NCBI RefSeq assembly: GCF_946221155.1
Contig: NZ_CAMIAN010000002.1
Location: forward strand, 20,887-84,886
Length of the DNA stretch: 64,000 nt
Source of the DNA: an uncultured Corynebacterium sp.
Lineage (GTDB): Bacteria > Actinomycetota > Actinomycetes > Mycobacteriales > Mycobacteriaceae
Direction: 5' to 3'
Part shown: positions 1 to 8,347 of the stretch, one piece after another
Numbering within the stretch: position 1 is the stretch's first letter
How the letters are laid out: each line of letters starts with the position of its first letter
Translations under genes and position numbers: made by a program
The notes under the pieces: model-generated
Database searches by the model: none
Told to the model about the DNA's origin: nothing
The model's input: only the letters and a program-made list of their open reading frames with translations

Positions 1-410
1 TGCACGGACCGCACAAACGTTCCCGACGCTGCGTAATCGCCTTCCCCCGCCATGCGCTGGTACAGCGCGGCACGCACGGCCGTCGCCGCCTCCTTCGACG
101 GGGCGAAGAACATTATTTCGGACGCCGATCCCCCCTGCAGAAGAAAGTCCCGCGCCGCAGAGATCAACAGCGACGTCTTGCCCGTGCCCGGCCCACCGAG
201 AACCGCATAGGGCCGCGAATAATCTACCCTCGTCGAGCCTTCCGCCAAGGCTCCGGCAAGCCCATCGAAGCGCTCCGAAGTAAGTGCGGCATCCGTGGGC
301 TGACCCAGCCGTACCTTCGGTTTACCGCTGGCCCCGAGGCGTTTTTCAAGATCGTGGTTCGGGTTGACCGGTGGGTTGTTGTGAGAGTTTGTTGGGCTGT
401 CGTGGTCCAT
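1..410 (-). CDS. UvrD/PcrA-like ATP-dependent DNA helicase, N-terminal fragment (continues beyond the window start)
   Basis: Minus-strand frame is open from ATG at 408-410 to position 1. Translation is MDHDSPTNS...YAVLGGPGTGKTSLLISAARDFLLQGG...FFAPSKEAATAVRAAL: Walker A GxGxGKT plus a UvrD motif-Ia-like segment. Frame was verified by hand. The track ORF 224-451 is in a different frame. Confidence 0.6.
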   Translation of the reverse strand, partial: MDHDSPTNSHNNPPVNPNHDLEKRLGASGKPKVRLGQPTDAALTSERFDGLAGALAEGSTRVDYSRPYAVLGGPGTGKTSLLISAARDFLLQGGSASEIMFFAPSKEAATAVRAALYQRMAGEGDYAASGTFVRSV

Positions 411-484
411 GGCTCTAAGTCTGTCATGTGCCCAGGACAACCTCCCGCCAAACACCTTCTTCGTGTTCGATTAAGGGTCGGCGA

Positions 485-1384
485 CTAGCCTTCCTGCTTC
501 GCAACCCAGGCCGCCACAACGTCGGCTACGCGCGCCAGCCCCTCCCACGATTCCGGCTGAGAGTTCGGCAGCATGGCGTGCAGGAACAGCCGATACATCA
601 CAGCGCGCAACACCAACTGCGTAAAATCGGGCAGGTGCGCCCAGCGATCCAGCAGGGCATCCGGCGCGTTGCCCCAGGCCATCGTGTCCACGATCAGCAG
701 CGCTACGCTCCAGGCCGCCGGGTGCCACGCCGGGTAAAGATCTGTGACGATGGGGTCGGCGGTGCCGTCGAATATGGTGCAGCCGGCGATGTCCCCGTGC
801 ACCAACTGGTCGGCCTCCACGATCGGTTCGCGCAACTCGGCAAGGCTCGCGGCCTTCACCAAAGCGGCGGCCACGTCCTCCCGCGGCACGCTTTCGGGCG
901 CTAGCACAGGGGTGACCCATTCCGCCGGGTCCTCGGCGAATGCGGCCTGGTCCGCTGCGGCGAAGAGATCGTGTTCGTTCCACTTCTCGCCTGGCGTCGG
1001 CGGCGCCAGAAACGTCGGCTTCTTTTCGCCACGCAGAGCCTCGTTCAGACGCAAAGCTGCCGCCACCATCTCATCAAAGCGTGGCGACTGGTGACCAGAC
1101 ATGAAGGTCCGCGCCCGCCAGCCAGACACGCTGAAGCGTCCATCGGAGGAGAAAATAGGGCGGGACATGGAGACCCCTGCCGGACGAACCTTGGACATAA
1201 TCTTGGCGATCCACGCCGCCCGCGCCGGTTCGTCCGTCCGGGAGATCACCGCCCGGTCGCAGCGCCACCCCTGGCTCCACTCCTGTTCCAGCAGCACCGG
1301 GTGCGCCGAAGGCACTTGGAAGCTGGCCAGGATGTGTGCTGGCGGCGGGGAGTTGAAGTCGCTGTGAGAATCGTCGTTGATCAT
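485..1384 (-). CDS. phosphotransferase-family (aminoglycoside phosphotransferase/kinase-like fold) protein
   Basis: 314-aa track ORF. The LVHGDIAGCTI segment resembles the APH/kinase catalytic-loop HGDxxxxN. Start chosen at the internal ATG (MINDD...) to avoid a 37-nt overlap with the upstream gene; the GTG at 1429 is an alternative. Confidence 0.45.
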   Translation of the reverse strand: MINDDSHSDFNSPPPAHILASFQVPSAHPVLLEQEWSQGWRCDRAVISRTDEPARAAWIAKIMSKVRPAGVSMSRPIFSSDGRFSVSGWRARTFMSGHQSPRFDEMVAAALRLNEALRGEKKPTFLAPPTPGEKWNEHDLFAAADQAAFAEDPAEWVTPVLAPESVPREDVAAALVKAASLAELREPIVEADQLVHGDIAGCTIFDGTADPIVTDLYPAWHPAAWSVALLIVDTMAWGNAPDALLDRWAHLPDFTQLVLRAVMYRLFLHAMLPNSQPESWEGLARVADVVAAWVAKQEG

Positions 1385-1392
1385 GTGCTCGC

Positions 1393-2349
1393 TTATTTGC
1401 TGTTCTTGTAGCCGAAGGGGAACACCCACGGGTTGACCTTGCAGGTATTCGGGTTTTCCTTGAATGCCTTGTCTGGGTTGATCTTATAGATCTCGGAGTT
1501 GTTCAGGCTGATGGTCTGTTGCATCATGATCGGCGCCAGCGCGCCATCCTTGGCACACGGCACGTGAGCCTTATGCCCGATGCCGTGGCCGACCTCGTGA
1601 TTAATCATGTACTGCCGGTAGGCGCCCAGATCCCCCTCAAAGGGAATGGCGCCACGCACCCAGCGCGCCTCGTTGAGTACCACGCGGCGCTCGCCCGGGA
1701 AGTTGCAGCTGGTCTCGATGCCATAGCTATCCCCACAGGTCTCGGCGGTGGTCTCCGTCGAGGTCAACTGAATCCGCATATCCGGCTTCTTCCCCTCCGG
1801 TAGCTTCTTTTCGTCCACATGTTGGAAGGAGTACTGCGGATCGCCCACCCAGGACTTCGGGTTGGCCAGGGTGGCGTCCACCATCGCAGCAAAAGCGTCG
1901 TCACCACCGTAGGCCGAGGACTTCAGGGTCGACTCGACCTCCACCACATAGGTGAACTTCTTTTTCCCCTTGCCAAAGGTCTTGCCCGGCTCGCCGACGG
2001 TGCGGAATTTCCCACTCCCCTTCTTGGTGTACTTGCCACCCGGGGGCAAGGAACCGAACTTCAAATCCCCGTAGTCGCCGATCTCGCTACCACTGGCCGC
2101 ACCGCCGTCGTCGCTACTGGTCACCGCCACCTCACCGGTGGCCTGCGTGTCTTCCTCGTCGCCTAGGCCATGCAAAATACTGTACATAACCAACAGGGTG
2201 ACCAGCACAAAAGCGGCAGTAATCAGCACAACACTGCGGAAGCTAAACCGCCCATGCTGGGACTGCCGCACTCCTTCCTCCGGCGCGTCCGGCGCGGGCT
2301 TCCGCGCCGGCGGGATGGGGTGGCGCTCCACATTACTGCCGCTACTCAT
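1393..2349 (-). CDS. DUF3152-family membrane-anchored protein with HExxH motif (Rv3207c-like putative zinc metalloprotease)
   Basis: N-terminal TM helix (VVLITAAFVLVTLLVMYSIL), then a Gly/Lys-rich linker and a HEVGHGIGH zincin motif. Sits next to DUF3107 as in Mtb Rv3207c/Rv3208A. Confidence 0.7.
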   Translation of the reverse strand: MSSGSNVERHPIPPARKPAPDAPEEGVRQSQHGRFSFRSVVLITAAFVLVTLLVMYSILHGLGDEEDTQATGEVAVTSSDDGGAASGSEIGDYGDLKFGSLPPGGKYTKKGSGKFRTVGEPGKTFGKGKKKFTYVVEVESTLKSSAYGGDDAFAAMVDATLANPKSWVGDPQYSFQHVDEKKLPEGKKPDMRIQLTSTETTAETCGDSYGIETSCNFPGERRVVLNEARWVRGAIPFEGDLGAYRQYMINHEVGHGIGHKAHVPCAKDGALAPIMMQQTISLNNSEIYKINPDKAFKENPNTCKVNPWVFPFGYKNSK

Positions 2350-2369
2350 ACAGCTAACCGCTGCTCCGC

Positions 2370-2615
2370 TTAGCTGACGAAGCCGACGGAATTCTTGGCT
2401 TCTGCTCCGACCTCTACATAAGCGATCTGTCCACGCACCAGTACGTAGCGCGCACCCTTGGCACCTTCGATGGTGAGCGTCTCATTCTCGCCGGAACGCA
2501 GGAAGTTCTCGATCTCTACTACGTACTCGTCCTGGGATTTGGCCCGGTCGCTCGTGGTGTCGATGGTGATAGCCAGCTCGCGGGCGTTGTGTACGAATCC
2601 GACCTTGATCTGCAT
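2370..2615 (-). CDS. DUF3107 family protein (TB9.4/Rv3208A-like)
   Basis: MQIKVGFVHNARELAITIDTT...GQIAYVEVG resembles TB9.4 (MEVKIGI...). Start moved to the internal ATG, which is preceded by a GAAGGAAAGG Shine-Dalgarno. Confidence 0.7.
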   Translation of the reverse strand: MQIKVGFVHNARELAITIDTTSDRAKSQDEYVVEIENFLRSGENETLTIEGAKGARYVLVRGQIAYVEVGAEAKNSVGFVS

Positions 2616-2713
2616 GGAAAACCTTTCCTTCATGTTCGTTCTATACTCACGTGCAGTATTGTGACCATCATAGCTATCGGGTCGAGCAAGGAAGGCAGGT
2701 GCTGCAGGTGCAC

Positions 2714-4063
2714 ATGTCCTCTGGGGCTTCGGGGGCCTCTACCTCCCGCCCGTCCTTCGACTCACTCGGCGTGGCCGTGGAGATCACGGAAGCTCTAGCC
2801 ACGGCCAACATTACGCACGCCTTCGCCATCCAGGAATACACCCTTCCTATCGCATTGAAGGGCTCCGACGTTATTGGCCAGGCGCGCACGGGTATGGGCA
2901 AGACTTTGGGTTTCGGCATTCCTGTTCTCGATCGGGTTTTTGATGACGCCACCGTCACCGCCCCGGACGGCACCCCGCGCGCGTTGATCGTGGTGCCTAC
3001 CAGAGAGTTGTGCCTGCAAGTCACCGACGATCTGACTTTGGCCGCCCGCAACTTGCGTGTGCCGGTGGATGCCGAGGGGGCGTCCCTAAGAAAAAAGAGC
3101 AAGACCCGCGCCCTGCAGGTACAAGCGGTGTACGGCGGCGTGGGCTTCGACAAACAGACAACGGCCCTGGCGCGCGGCGTGGATGTTGTTGTCGGCACCC
3201 CGGGAAGGCTGCTGGACCTTGCACAACAGGGGTATTTGCAGCTGCAGACGGTGGAAATCGTCGTGTTGGACGAGGCCGACGAAATGCTCGATCAGGGGTT
3301 CCTGGACGATGTGCGTGACATCATCACACAGACCAGCCCGCAGCGACAGACGATGCTGTTTTCTGCCACCATGCCGGGGCCGATTGCGGCGCTGACCAGG
3401 ACGTTGATGCGCCACCCGGTGCTGATCCAAGCCGATAGCGCGGCGACGGAGGCCACACACGAGTCGACGAAGCAGGTGGTGTTCCAGTCACACAAACTCG
3501 ATAGGCTCTCCGCATTAGCCCGAATTCTGCAGTCCCCCGGGAGGGGGCGCAGCATCGTGTTTGCTCGCACGAAGCGACAGGCGGCGGGTGTAGCCGAAGA
3601 ACTAGCAAAGCTAGGATTTCGCGTAGGCGCGGTGCACGGCGACATGCGGCAAAAAGACCGCGAGGAATCCCTGGACGAATTCCGCCGCAACGAAGTGGAC
3701 GTAATGGTCGCTACCGACGTGGCTGCGCGCGGCATTGACATCGAGGACGTCACGCACGTGATCAACTACCAGGTGCCAGACGACGAGCGCACCTATGTTC
3801 ACCGAATCGGCCGCACGGGACGCGCAGGCAACACGGGCACGGCGGTGAGCCTCATCGGTTGGGACGAGGTCACGCGGTGGAACGCCATCAGCGACGCCCT
3901 GGCACTGGGCCTGCAGGATCCCCCGCAGTGGTTCTCCTCCAGCGCGGAGTTTCTGACTGAGTTCAACCTTCCCGACGACATTCGCGACCGAGTGGGAGCG
4001 CCGCGCGGAGTGAAAGGCACAGCTCTGAAGGTGAAAAAGTCCCGCAGAGGGCCGCGCTCATGA
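2714..4063 (+). CDS. rhlE: DEAD-box ATP-dependent RNA helicase
   Basis: Motifs AQARTGMGKT, PTRELC, VLDEADEMLD, SAT and HRIGRTGRAG. Start is uncertain: in-frame GTG 2699 or ATG 2714 after an AAGGAAGG SD; the track ORF begins at 2651. Confidence 0.85.
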   Translation: MSSGASGASTSRPSFDSLGVAVEITEALATANITHAFAIQEYTLPIALKGSDVIGQARTGMGKTLGFGIPVLDRVFDDATVTAPDGTPRALIVVPTRELCLQVTDDLTLAARNLRVPVDAEGASLRKKSKTRALQVQAVYGGVGFDKQTTALARGVDVVVGTPGRLLDLAQQGYLQLQTVEIVVLDEADEMLDQGFLDDVRDIITQTSPQRQTMLFSATMPGPIAALTRTLMRHPVLIQADSAATEATHESTKQVVFQSHKLDRLSALARILQSPGRGRSIVFARTKRQAAGVAEELAKLGFRVGAVHGDMRQKDREESLDEFRRNEVDVMVATDVAARGIDIEDVTHVINYQVPDDERTYVHRIGRTGRAGNTGTAVSLIGWDEVTRWNAISDALALGLQDPPQWFSSSAEFLTEFNLPDDIRDRVGAPRGVKGTALKVKKSRRGPRS

Positions 4064-5361
4064 GCCGTCGCTTCCCCTCCCCCGAGCGCGCCCGCCGCAG
4101 CGACCACATCGTCGCCGCAGCGTTGGCCTGCGGGCTGCTTGCCCTTGGCGGAATCACGTGGCTGGGTTCCGATGCCCGCGAGGTAGACCACCGAGTCGCT
4201 GAGAGTCCGATCCAGGCCGAGGACAAGACCCTCGCCTCTTCCGACTCCGCCAAAGGCGACCGGCAGATTCCGCAGCAGCTGCACGAGCTATGGAATGCAA
4301 AGACCGACTCCGCTGACCTAGTGGTGGACCAAGGCGGCGTAGTTTTGACCTCCGGCAACAAAGCCACCATGGTGCGGGGTGACAATGGTACCGAGGTCTG
4401 GCACTACAAGGCCCCGAACGACCTGTGCGCCGTAGCGACGAACTGGGGACAAACGAACCTCTTCCTGCAGGGACCCAAGGGGTGCGGACAGGTAGTGTCG
4501 CTGGATAGCGGTACTGGCGAATACCGCCACACGCGCGACATGCTGGCCGCCAACCACGTAGAGTTGTTCCAAAGCCGGGACAACATCGGGATGCTCTCCC
4601 CCACCCGCACGGAACTGCTGCGCTCGGACGCGGTGCGACGCGTGGAGGTCGGCGACAAGCTGACGGCAGTGAAGCCAAATAAGCAGGCATATACCAATTG
4701 CACCTTTACCTCCGCCCTAACGCGCAAGGACCTGCTGGCTACCGCGCAGACGTGCCCCGATAGCGAAAAGAAGCTGATCCGCCTGCTTAAGACCAACCCG
4801 GAGGACTCGGATGCCCCGGAGAAGTACCACGAGTACGAAGTCCCCGCGGACAGTGAGCTAGTGGGTGTGGGGCTAGACCGGGCGGTAATTTACGTTCCCG
4901 GAAACGGCACCCGCGCTAAGGACGAGAACGATAACAAGGGCTCGCGCTTCCAGGTGCTGAGTAAGGAGGGCGACTTCCAGCAATTCCCCGCCGATCCCGC
5001 CCCGCTGCTGGATCCGCAGCAGCGAAAGGGCACGCTGTTCCGCGCCCAGACGGCGGATTCGGCACATTTGATGAGCTGGTTTGATGGCACCCGGGTGGTG
5101 ACCTTTACCCCGTCAACCATGGAGCCTGCGTTCCAGGTCAATGGCGCAATCGGTCCTGCCACCCCCATGGATGGGCGGCTACTGGTTCCCACGGCTAAGG
5201 GGATCGCAGTAGTGGATTGGGATAACGGCAAGGTCCTGCGAACGATCCCGGTGGATCGCAAGGGCTACACCGGACAGGTGACGCTCAAGCTGGCGGGCGA
5301 GGTACTGGTGGAAAAGCGCGGCGATACCGTCGTGGCTCTGGGGATTGCTGACGCTGGGTAA
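4060..5361 (+). CDS. conserved membrane-anchored protein (Rv3212-like, Ala/Val-rich; function unknown)
   Basis: ATGA start/stop overlap with rhlE. N-terminal signal-anchor (IVAAALACGLLALGGITWLG) followed by a 400-aa domain. Same position as Rv3212 in Mtb. Confidence 0.65.
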   Translation: MSRRFPSPERARRSDHIVAAALACGLLALGGITWLGSDAREVDHRVAESPIQAEDKTLASSDSAKGDRQIPQQLHELWNAKTDSADLVVDQGGVVLTSGNKATMVRGDNGTEVWHYKAPNDLCAVATNWGQTNLFLQGPKGCGQVVSLDSGTGEYRHTRDMLAANHVELFQSRDNIGMLSPTRTELLRSDAVRRVEVGDKLTAVKPNKQAYTNCTFTSALTRKDLLATAQTCPDSEKKLIRLLKTNPEDSDAPEKYHEYEVPADSELVGVGLDRAVIYVPGNGTRAKDENDNKGSRFQVLSKEGDFQQFPADPAPLLDPQQRKGTLFRAQTADSAHLMSWFDGTRVVTFTPSTMEPAFQVNGAIGPATPMDGRLLVPTAKGIAVVDWDNGKVLRTIPVDRKGYTGQVTLKLAGEVLVEKRGDTVVALGIADAG

Positions 5362-5407
5362 GCGCTTGCCCTTATCCGCTTTCCCATGGCATACCAAATC
5401 ATTTTCT

Positions 5408-5423
5408 TGTGACGTTAGTCACA
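5408..5423 (+). promoter_or_regulatory. perfect CRP/GlxR-type binding site TGTGAcgttagTCACA in the whiB1 leader
   Basis: Read directly at 5408-5423, about 320 nt upstream of the whiB1 ATG. A weaker second half-site, TGTGAatagcaTGCGA, lies at 5449-5464. whiB1 is a known CRP/Cmr target in mycobacteria. Confidence 0.6.
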
Positions 5424-5606
5424 TTTTGAGGAAAACCTCTAGCCAAACTGTGAATAGCATGCGACAATCTTCCAAGTAACCGATAAGAGACCAAAAGGTT
5501 AACAACAAACCAACAAAGTCTTAATCGCAAGGCGAGAAGCCGCCGCGACCCCCTCTACACACAGGTCTGCACGCCACTTCGCCACCACCACTTTTGCCTG
5601 AATTTA

Positions 5607-5623
5607 CCTAGAGATTCTCTAGG
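5607..5623 (+). promoter_or_regulatory. 17-bp perfect palindrome CCTAGAGAtTCTCTAGG (candidate operator) upstream of whiB1
   Basis: Read directly; 8-bp arms with a 1-nt centre, about 117 nt upstream of the whiB1 ATG. Confidence 0.45.
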
Positions 5624-5739
5624 TCAATTCGTCGAGCCCAACTTCGATCACCGGCCAAAGTGCCCACACCGACTGCAAGCAACCAAGACGACGCACTTCG
5701 GACATTCTTTGTCTGAAAAAATAGAAGGGAAACACAATA

Positions 5740-6006
5740 ATGGATTGGCGCCACAAAGCCGTTTGCCGTGAAGAAGACCCCGAACTGTTCTTCCCCGTAG
5801 GAAACTCCGGCCCCGCCCTGGCCCAGATCGCCAAGGCCAAGCTGGTCTGCAACCGCTGCCCCGTCGCTTCCCAGTGCCTCAACTGGGCCATTGAGTCCGG
5901 CCAGGATGCCGGCGTGTGGGGCGGCATGGCCGAGGATGAGCGCCGCGCGCTGAAGCGCCGCACCAACCGCGGCCGCACCCGCACCCGCAAGCGCATCACC
6001 GTTTAA
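5740..6006 (+). CDS. whiB1: WhiB1-type [4Fe-4S] transcription factor (WhcE in Corynebacterium)
   Basis: MDWRHKAVCREEDPELFFPVGNSGPALAQIAKAKLVCNRCPV...GVWGG is near-identical to Mtb WhiB1 (4 Cys, GVWGG turn). SD AGAAGGGAAA precedes the ATG. Confidence 0.95.
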   Translation: MDWRHKAVCREEDPELFFPVGNSGPALAQIAKAKLVCNRCPVASQCLNWAIESGQDAGVWGGMAEDERRALKRRTNRGRTRTRKRITV

Positions 6007-6088
6007 ACCCCAACATTTTGTCCAGCTTCACGCCCCCGCTAAGCTGAACAGGTTGAAACTGTCCCCTTAAACACCAAGGAGCTGCACA

Positions 6089-6163
6089 ATGAGCAAGCGT
6101 GGCCGCAAGCGCAAGGATCGTCGCAAGAAGAACGCTAACCACGGCAAGCGCCCGAACAGCTAA
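6089..6163 (+). CDS. 24-aa highly basic peptide MSKRGRKRKDRRKKNANHGKRPNS, candidate ribosomal protein bL37
   Basis: Not in the ORF track. AAGGAG SD sits 7 nt upstream of the ATG and a strong terminator follows. The sequence pattern matches my recollection of the 24-aa bL37 found in mycobacterial ribosome structures. Confidence 0.5.
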   Translation: MSKRGRKRKDRRKKNANHGKRPNS

Positions 6164-6175
6164 GCCGTAACCAAA

Positions 6176-6220
6176 GGCCGGCAGGAGCACCGCAAAGAAC
6201 GGTGCCCGCCGGCCTTTTGC
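6176..6220 (+). terminator. rho-independent terminator after the bL37-like ORF
   Basis: GGCCGGCAGGAGCACCG ... CGGTGCCCGCCGGCC: 16-17 bp stem with one mismatch and a 7-nt loop, followed by TTTTGCTTTGC. Confidence 0.6.
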
Positions 6221-6266
6221 TTTGCTATGAGTTAGCAGAGCTACTGTGCAGGGCTATCGTGCGGGG

Positions 6267-6650
6267 CTATAGCGCTCCAAATACGCTATGCGCAATCAAG
6301 GAATCGATACGACGAACATCGAGACCACGTCCGATCTTTACTTTGATCTTTCCGGCCCGCGTCCAGAGCTCAATTTCAGCATTGAAATCGAGCGTTCCAG
6401 CGTTCTCTGTAGACCACATGTTGATCGACGAATACGGCAGAGAATAGACCTCCACCTTCTTGCCCCTCAGTCCTTGAGCGTCACGCATGATGAGGCGCTT
6501 CGTGGTGAAGATTGCACTATCCCTGAACGTCTTAAACGCTACAACCGCCTGCTCGCCGGGCACGAGCAGCGCCATGACATCCTCCGGAATCGGAACTTCT
6601 TCAATGAACATCCATTCCGCAATCTGAGCAGCTTCCATCGTTCTCTCCAA
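6267..6650 (-). CDS. bacterial PH-domain (bPH_1/YvbH-like) protein; low-GC islet
   Basis: 127 aa with a pattern typical of about 125-aa bacterial PH-domain proteins. Local GC is visibly lower (about 48%) than flanking DNA. Confidence 0.5.
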   Translation of the reverse strand: MERTMEAAQIAEWMFIEEVPIPEDVMALLVPGEQAVVAFKTFRDSAIFTTKRLIMRDAQGLRGKKVEVYSLPYSSINMWSTENAGTLDFNAEIELWTRAGKIKVKIGRGLDVRRIDSLIAHSVFGAL

Positions 6651-6727
6651 AGGTTAGGAAGGCTAGCGCCTCCGATTTTCTAACTAATGCTGTCTACTTA
6701 ATACCAAATGTAGATTGCATCAGGATG

Positions 6728-6991
6728 CTACTCCTCCACCCGGTAGCTAATCACCCGCAGCTGCGTGCAGATCCGCGCCCGCAGTTCCACTGGCGCAGGC
6801 TGGCTACAACAGCTCCGCAACAGGTCCCGCACCTGCTGCTCGATGCCTAACTGCCGCAGACACTCCGGGCAAGCGTCGGCGTGGGCGCGCAAACGTTCAC
6901 GGCTCTCCCAGTCGGCGTCACCATCGGCAACCTCGTACAGAACATCCAGCAGGTCGTCGCAGTCCGTCTTTCGCGAATTGTCTTTGCACAT
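6728..6991 (-). CDS. rshA: anti-sigma factor RshA (zinc-associated anti-sigma, HxxxCxxC)
   Basis: HADACPEC motif and similarity to Mtb RshA; sits 6 nt downstream of sigH. Confidence 0.85.
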   Translation of the reverse strand: MCKDNSRKTDCDDLLDVLYEVADGDADWESRERLRAHADACPECLRQLGIEQQVRDLLRSCCSQPAPVELRARICTQLRVISYRVEE

Positions 6992-6997
6992 GTGCTC

Positions 6998-7627
6998 TTA
7001 TCCCTTCGCTTCCGTCAGCTTTTTTCGGGCCGTCTTGCTTTGTGCCGTCGACGTCACGATCCCGTGCTCCGCAGCCACGTCCTTCAGCTTGCTGCGCAGC
7101 TGCTTGCGGCCACGGTGCAACCGCGACATAACGGTGCCGATGGGAGTGTCCATGATCTCGGCAATCTCCTTGTATGCCAGCCCCTCAACATCCGCGTAGT
7201 ACACGACCATGCGGTAGTCCTCACCCAGGCTCATCAGGGCATCCTGGATGCGCTTATCGGGAATATTCTTCAGCGCCTCCACCTCGGCGGACTCCAGACC
7301 CACGGAGTCATGCTTAGCAGTCTCGGCCAACTGCCAGTCGGTCATTTCCTCCGCGCTGGATTCCGTCGGGCGTCGCTGTGCCTTGCGGTAGCTGTTGATG
7401 TACGTGTTCGTCAGGATTCGGTACATCCACGCCTTCAGGTTCGTGCCTTCCTTGAAGGAACCGAACGCCTGGTAGGCCTTCATGTACGCATCCTGCACCA
7501 GATCCTGCGCGTCGGCCGGGTTGCGCGTCATTCGCAGCGCCGCACCGTAGAGCTGATCCAGCAGGGGCAGCGCGTCTGCCTCGAATCTTTGCAGCAGCTC
7601 GTCTGCAGTGTCATCGCTGCGTTTCAT
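6998..7627 (-). CDS. sigH: ECF-type sigma factor SigH
   Basis: Sigma-70 regions 2 and 4, with [25 protein letters not shown]...[14 protein letters not shown] almost identical to Mtb SigH. Start placed at ATG 7627 (MKRSDD), which has a GAGAGGTGAG SD; the track GTG at 7642 has an SD too close to it. Confidence 0.9.
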   Translation of the reverse strand: MKRSDDTADELLQRFEADALPLLDQLYGAALRMTRNPADAQDLVQDAYMKAYQAFGSFKEGTNLKAWMYRILTNTYINSYRKAQRRPTESSAEEMTDWQLAETAKHDSVGLESAEVEALKNIPDKRIQDALMSLGEDYRMVVYYADVEGLAYKEIAEIMDTPIGTVMSRLHRGRKQLRSKLKDVAAEHGIVTSTAQSKTARKKLTEAKG

Positions 7628-7660
7628 TCGCTCACCTCTCACCTTTCCTACAACACAATT

Positions 7661-8293
7661 CTATCGCCGGTTCATTCCCACCAGTTCTGGAAAGTTATTG
7701 GCCACGGAGCCGACCTTCCTGTCCGCCTTCCGGCTGCGTACTTCTGTTGCCTTGTTTGGTGACGCCACCAGCTCCGCCTCTGTGCCCTTCAGCCAAGTTT
7801 CTAGCTCGTTGCCCACCAGGATCCTGGGCATGCGGCTGTGCAACCATTCGAGTTCTGGCAGGGCCGCGACGGTAATGATGGTGCCGTAGAGCTTGCCTTC
7901 CACGGCCTTGCACAGCCCGGCGGCGTACAAGGGGTGGCCGTCGGTGGCGGTGGTGAACCAGGGTTGCTTCTTGCCATCCTCCCCAATGGTCCACTCGTAC
8001 CAGCCGTCCATCGGAAACGCACATGGCAGAGAGCCGGCGAACAGAGGCTTGGAGAATGCGGTCTCTCCCCGTGCGTTAAACACCGTCTTCGGCGGGTAGC
8101 CCCAGCGTGCGGGCCCGATCGCGGCCTCGTTTCGAAACTCCCGCACGATGGGCACCTCGGTGGTGGGTGCCACGTTGTAGTTAGCGGGCCACTCCCCGGC
8201 CCCGGCGCGAGGTATGCGCGGGGCTCCCAACCTTCGTCGCAGGTCACCCGAAAGCTCCTCTAAGGAGCTGAACAATACGTATCGGCCACACAT
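7661..8293 (-). CDS. SOS-response-associated peptidase (SRAP/YedK, DUF159), abasic-site processing
   Basis: N-terminal MCGRY (catalytic Cys2) and the SRAP fold pattern. Confidence 0.8.
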   Translation of the reverse strand: MCGRYVLFSSLEELSGDLRRRLGAPRIPRAGAGEWPANYNVAPTTEVPIVREFRNEAAIGPARWGYPPKTVFNARGETAFSKPLFAGSLPCAFPMDGWYEWTIGEDGKKQPWFTTATDGHPLYAAGLCKAVEGKLYGTIITVAALPELEWLHSRMPRILVGNELETWLKGTEAELVASPNKATEVRSRKADRKVGSVANNFPELVGMNRR

Positions 8294-8347
8294 ACTCGCC
8301 CATTATGCCCACCCCACACTTCTTTTCCAGGCAAAAAGTGAGACAAT

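Noticed and set aside
224-451. 75-aa track ORF at the window start
   Set aside because: A different frame on the same strand encodes a UvrD-like helicase N-terminus with a Walker A motif, translated by hand from 410 to 1. The 75-aa ORF has no support.
6164-6266. GGGCTAT direct repeat and near-palindrome after the bL37-like terminator
   Set aside because: Short, imperfect, and explainable by chance; no associated ORF start.
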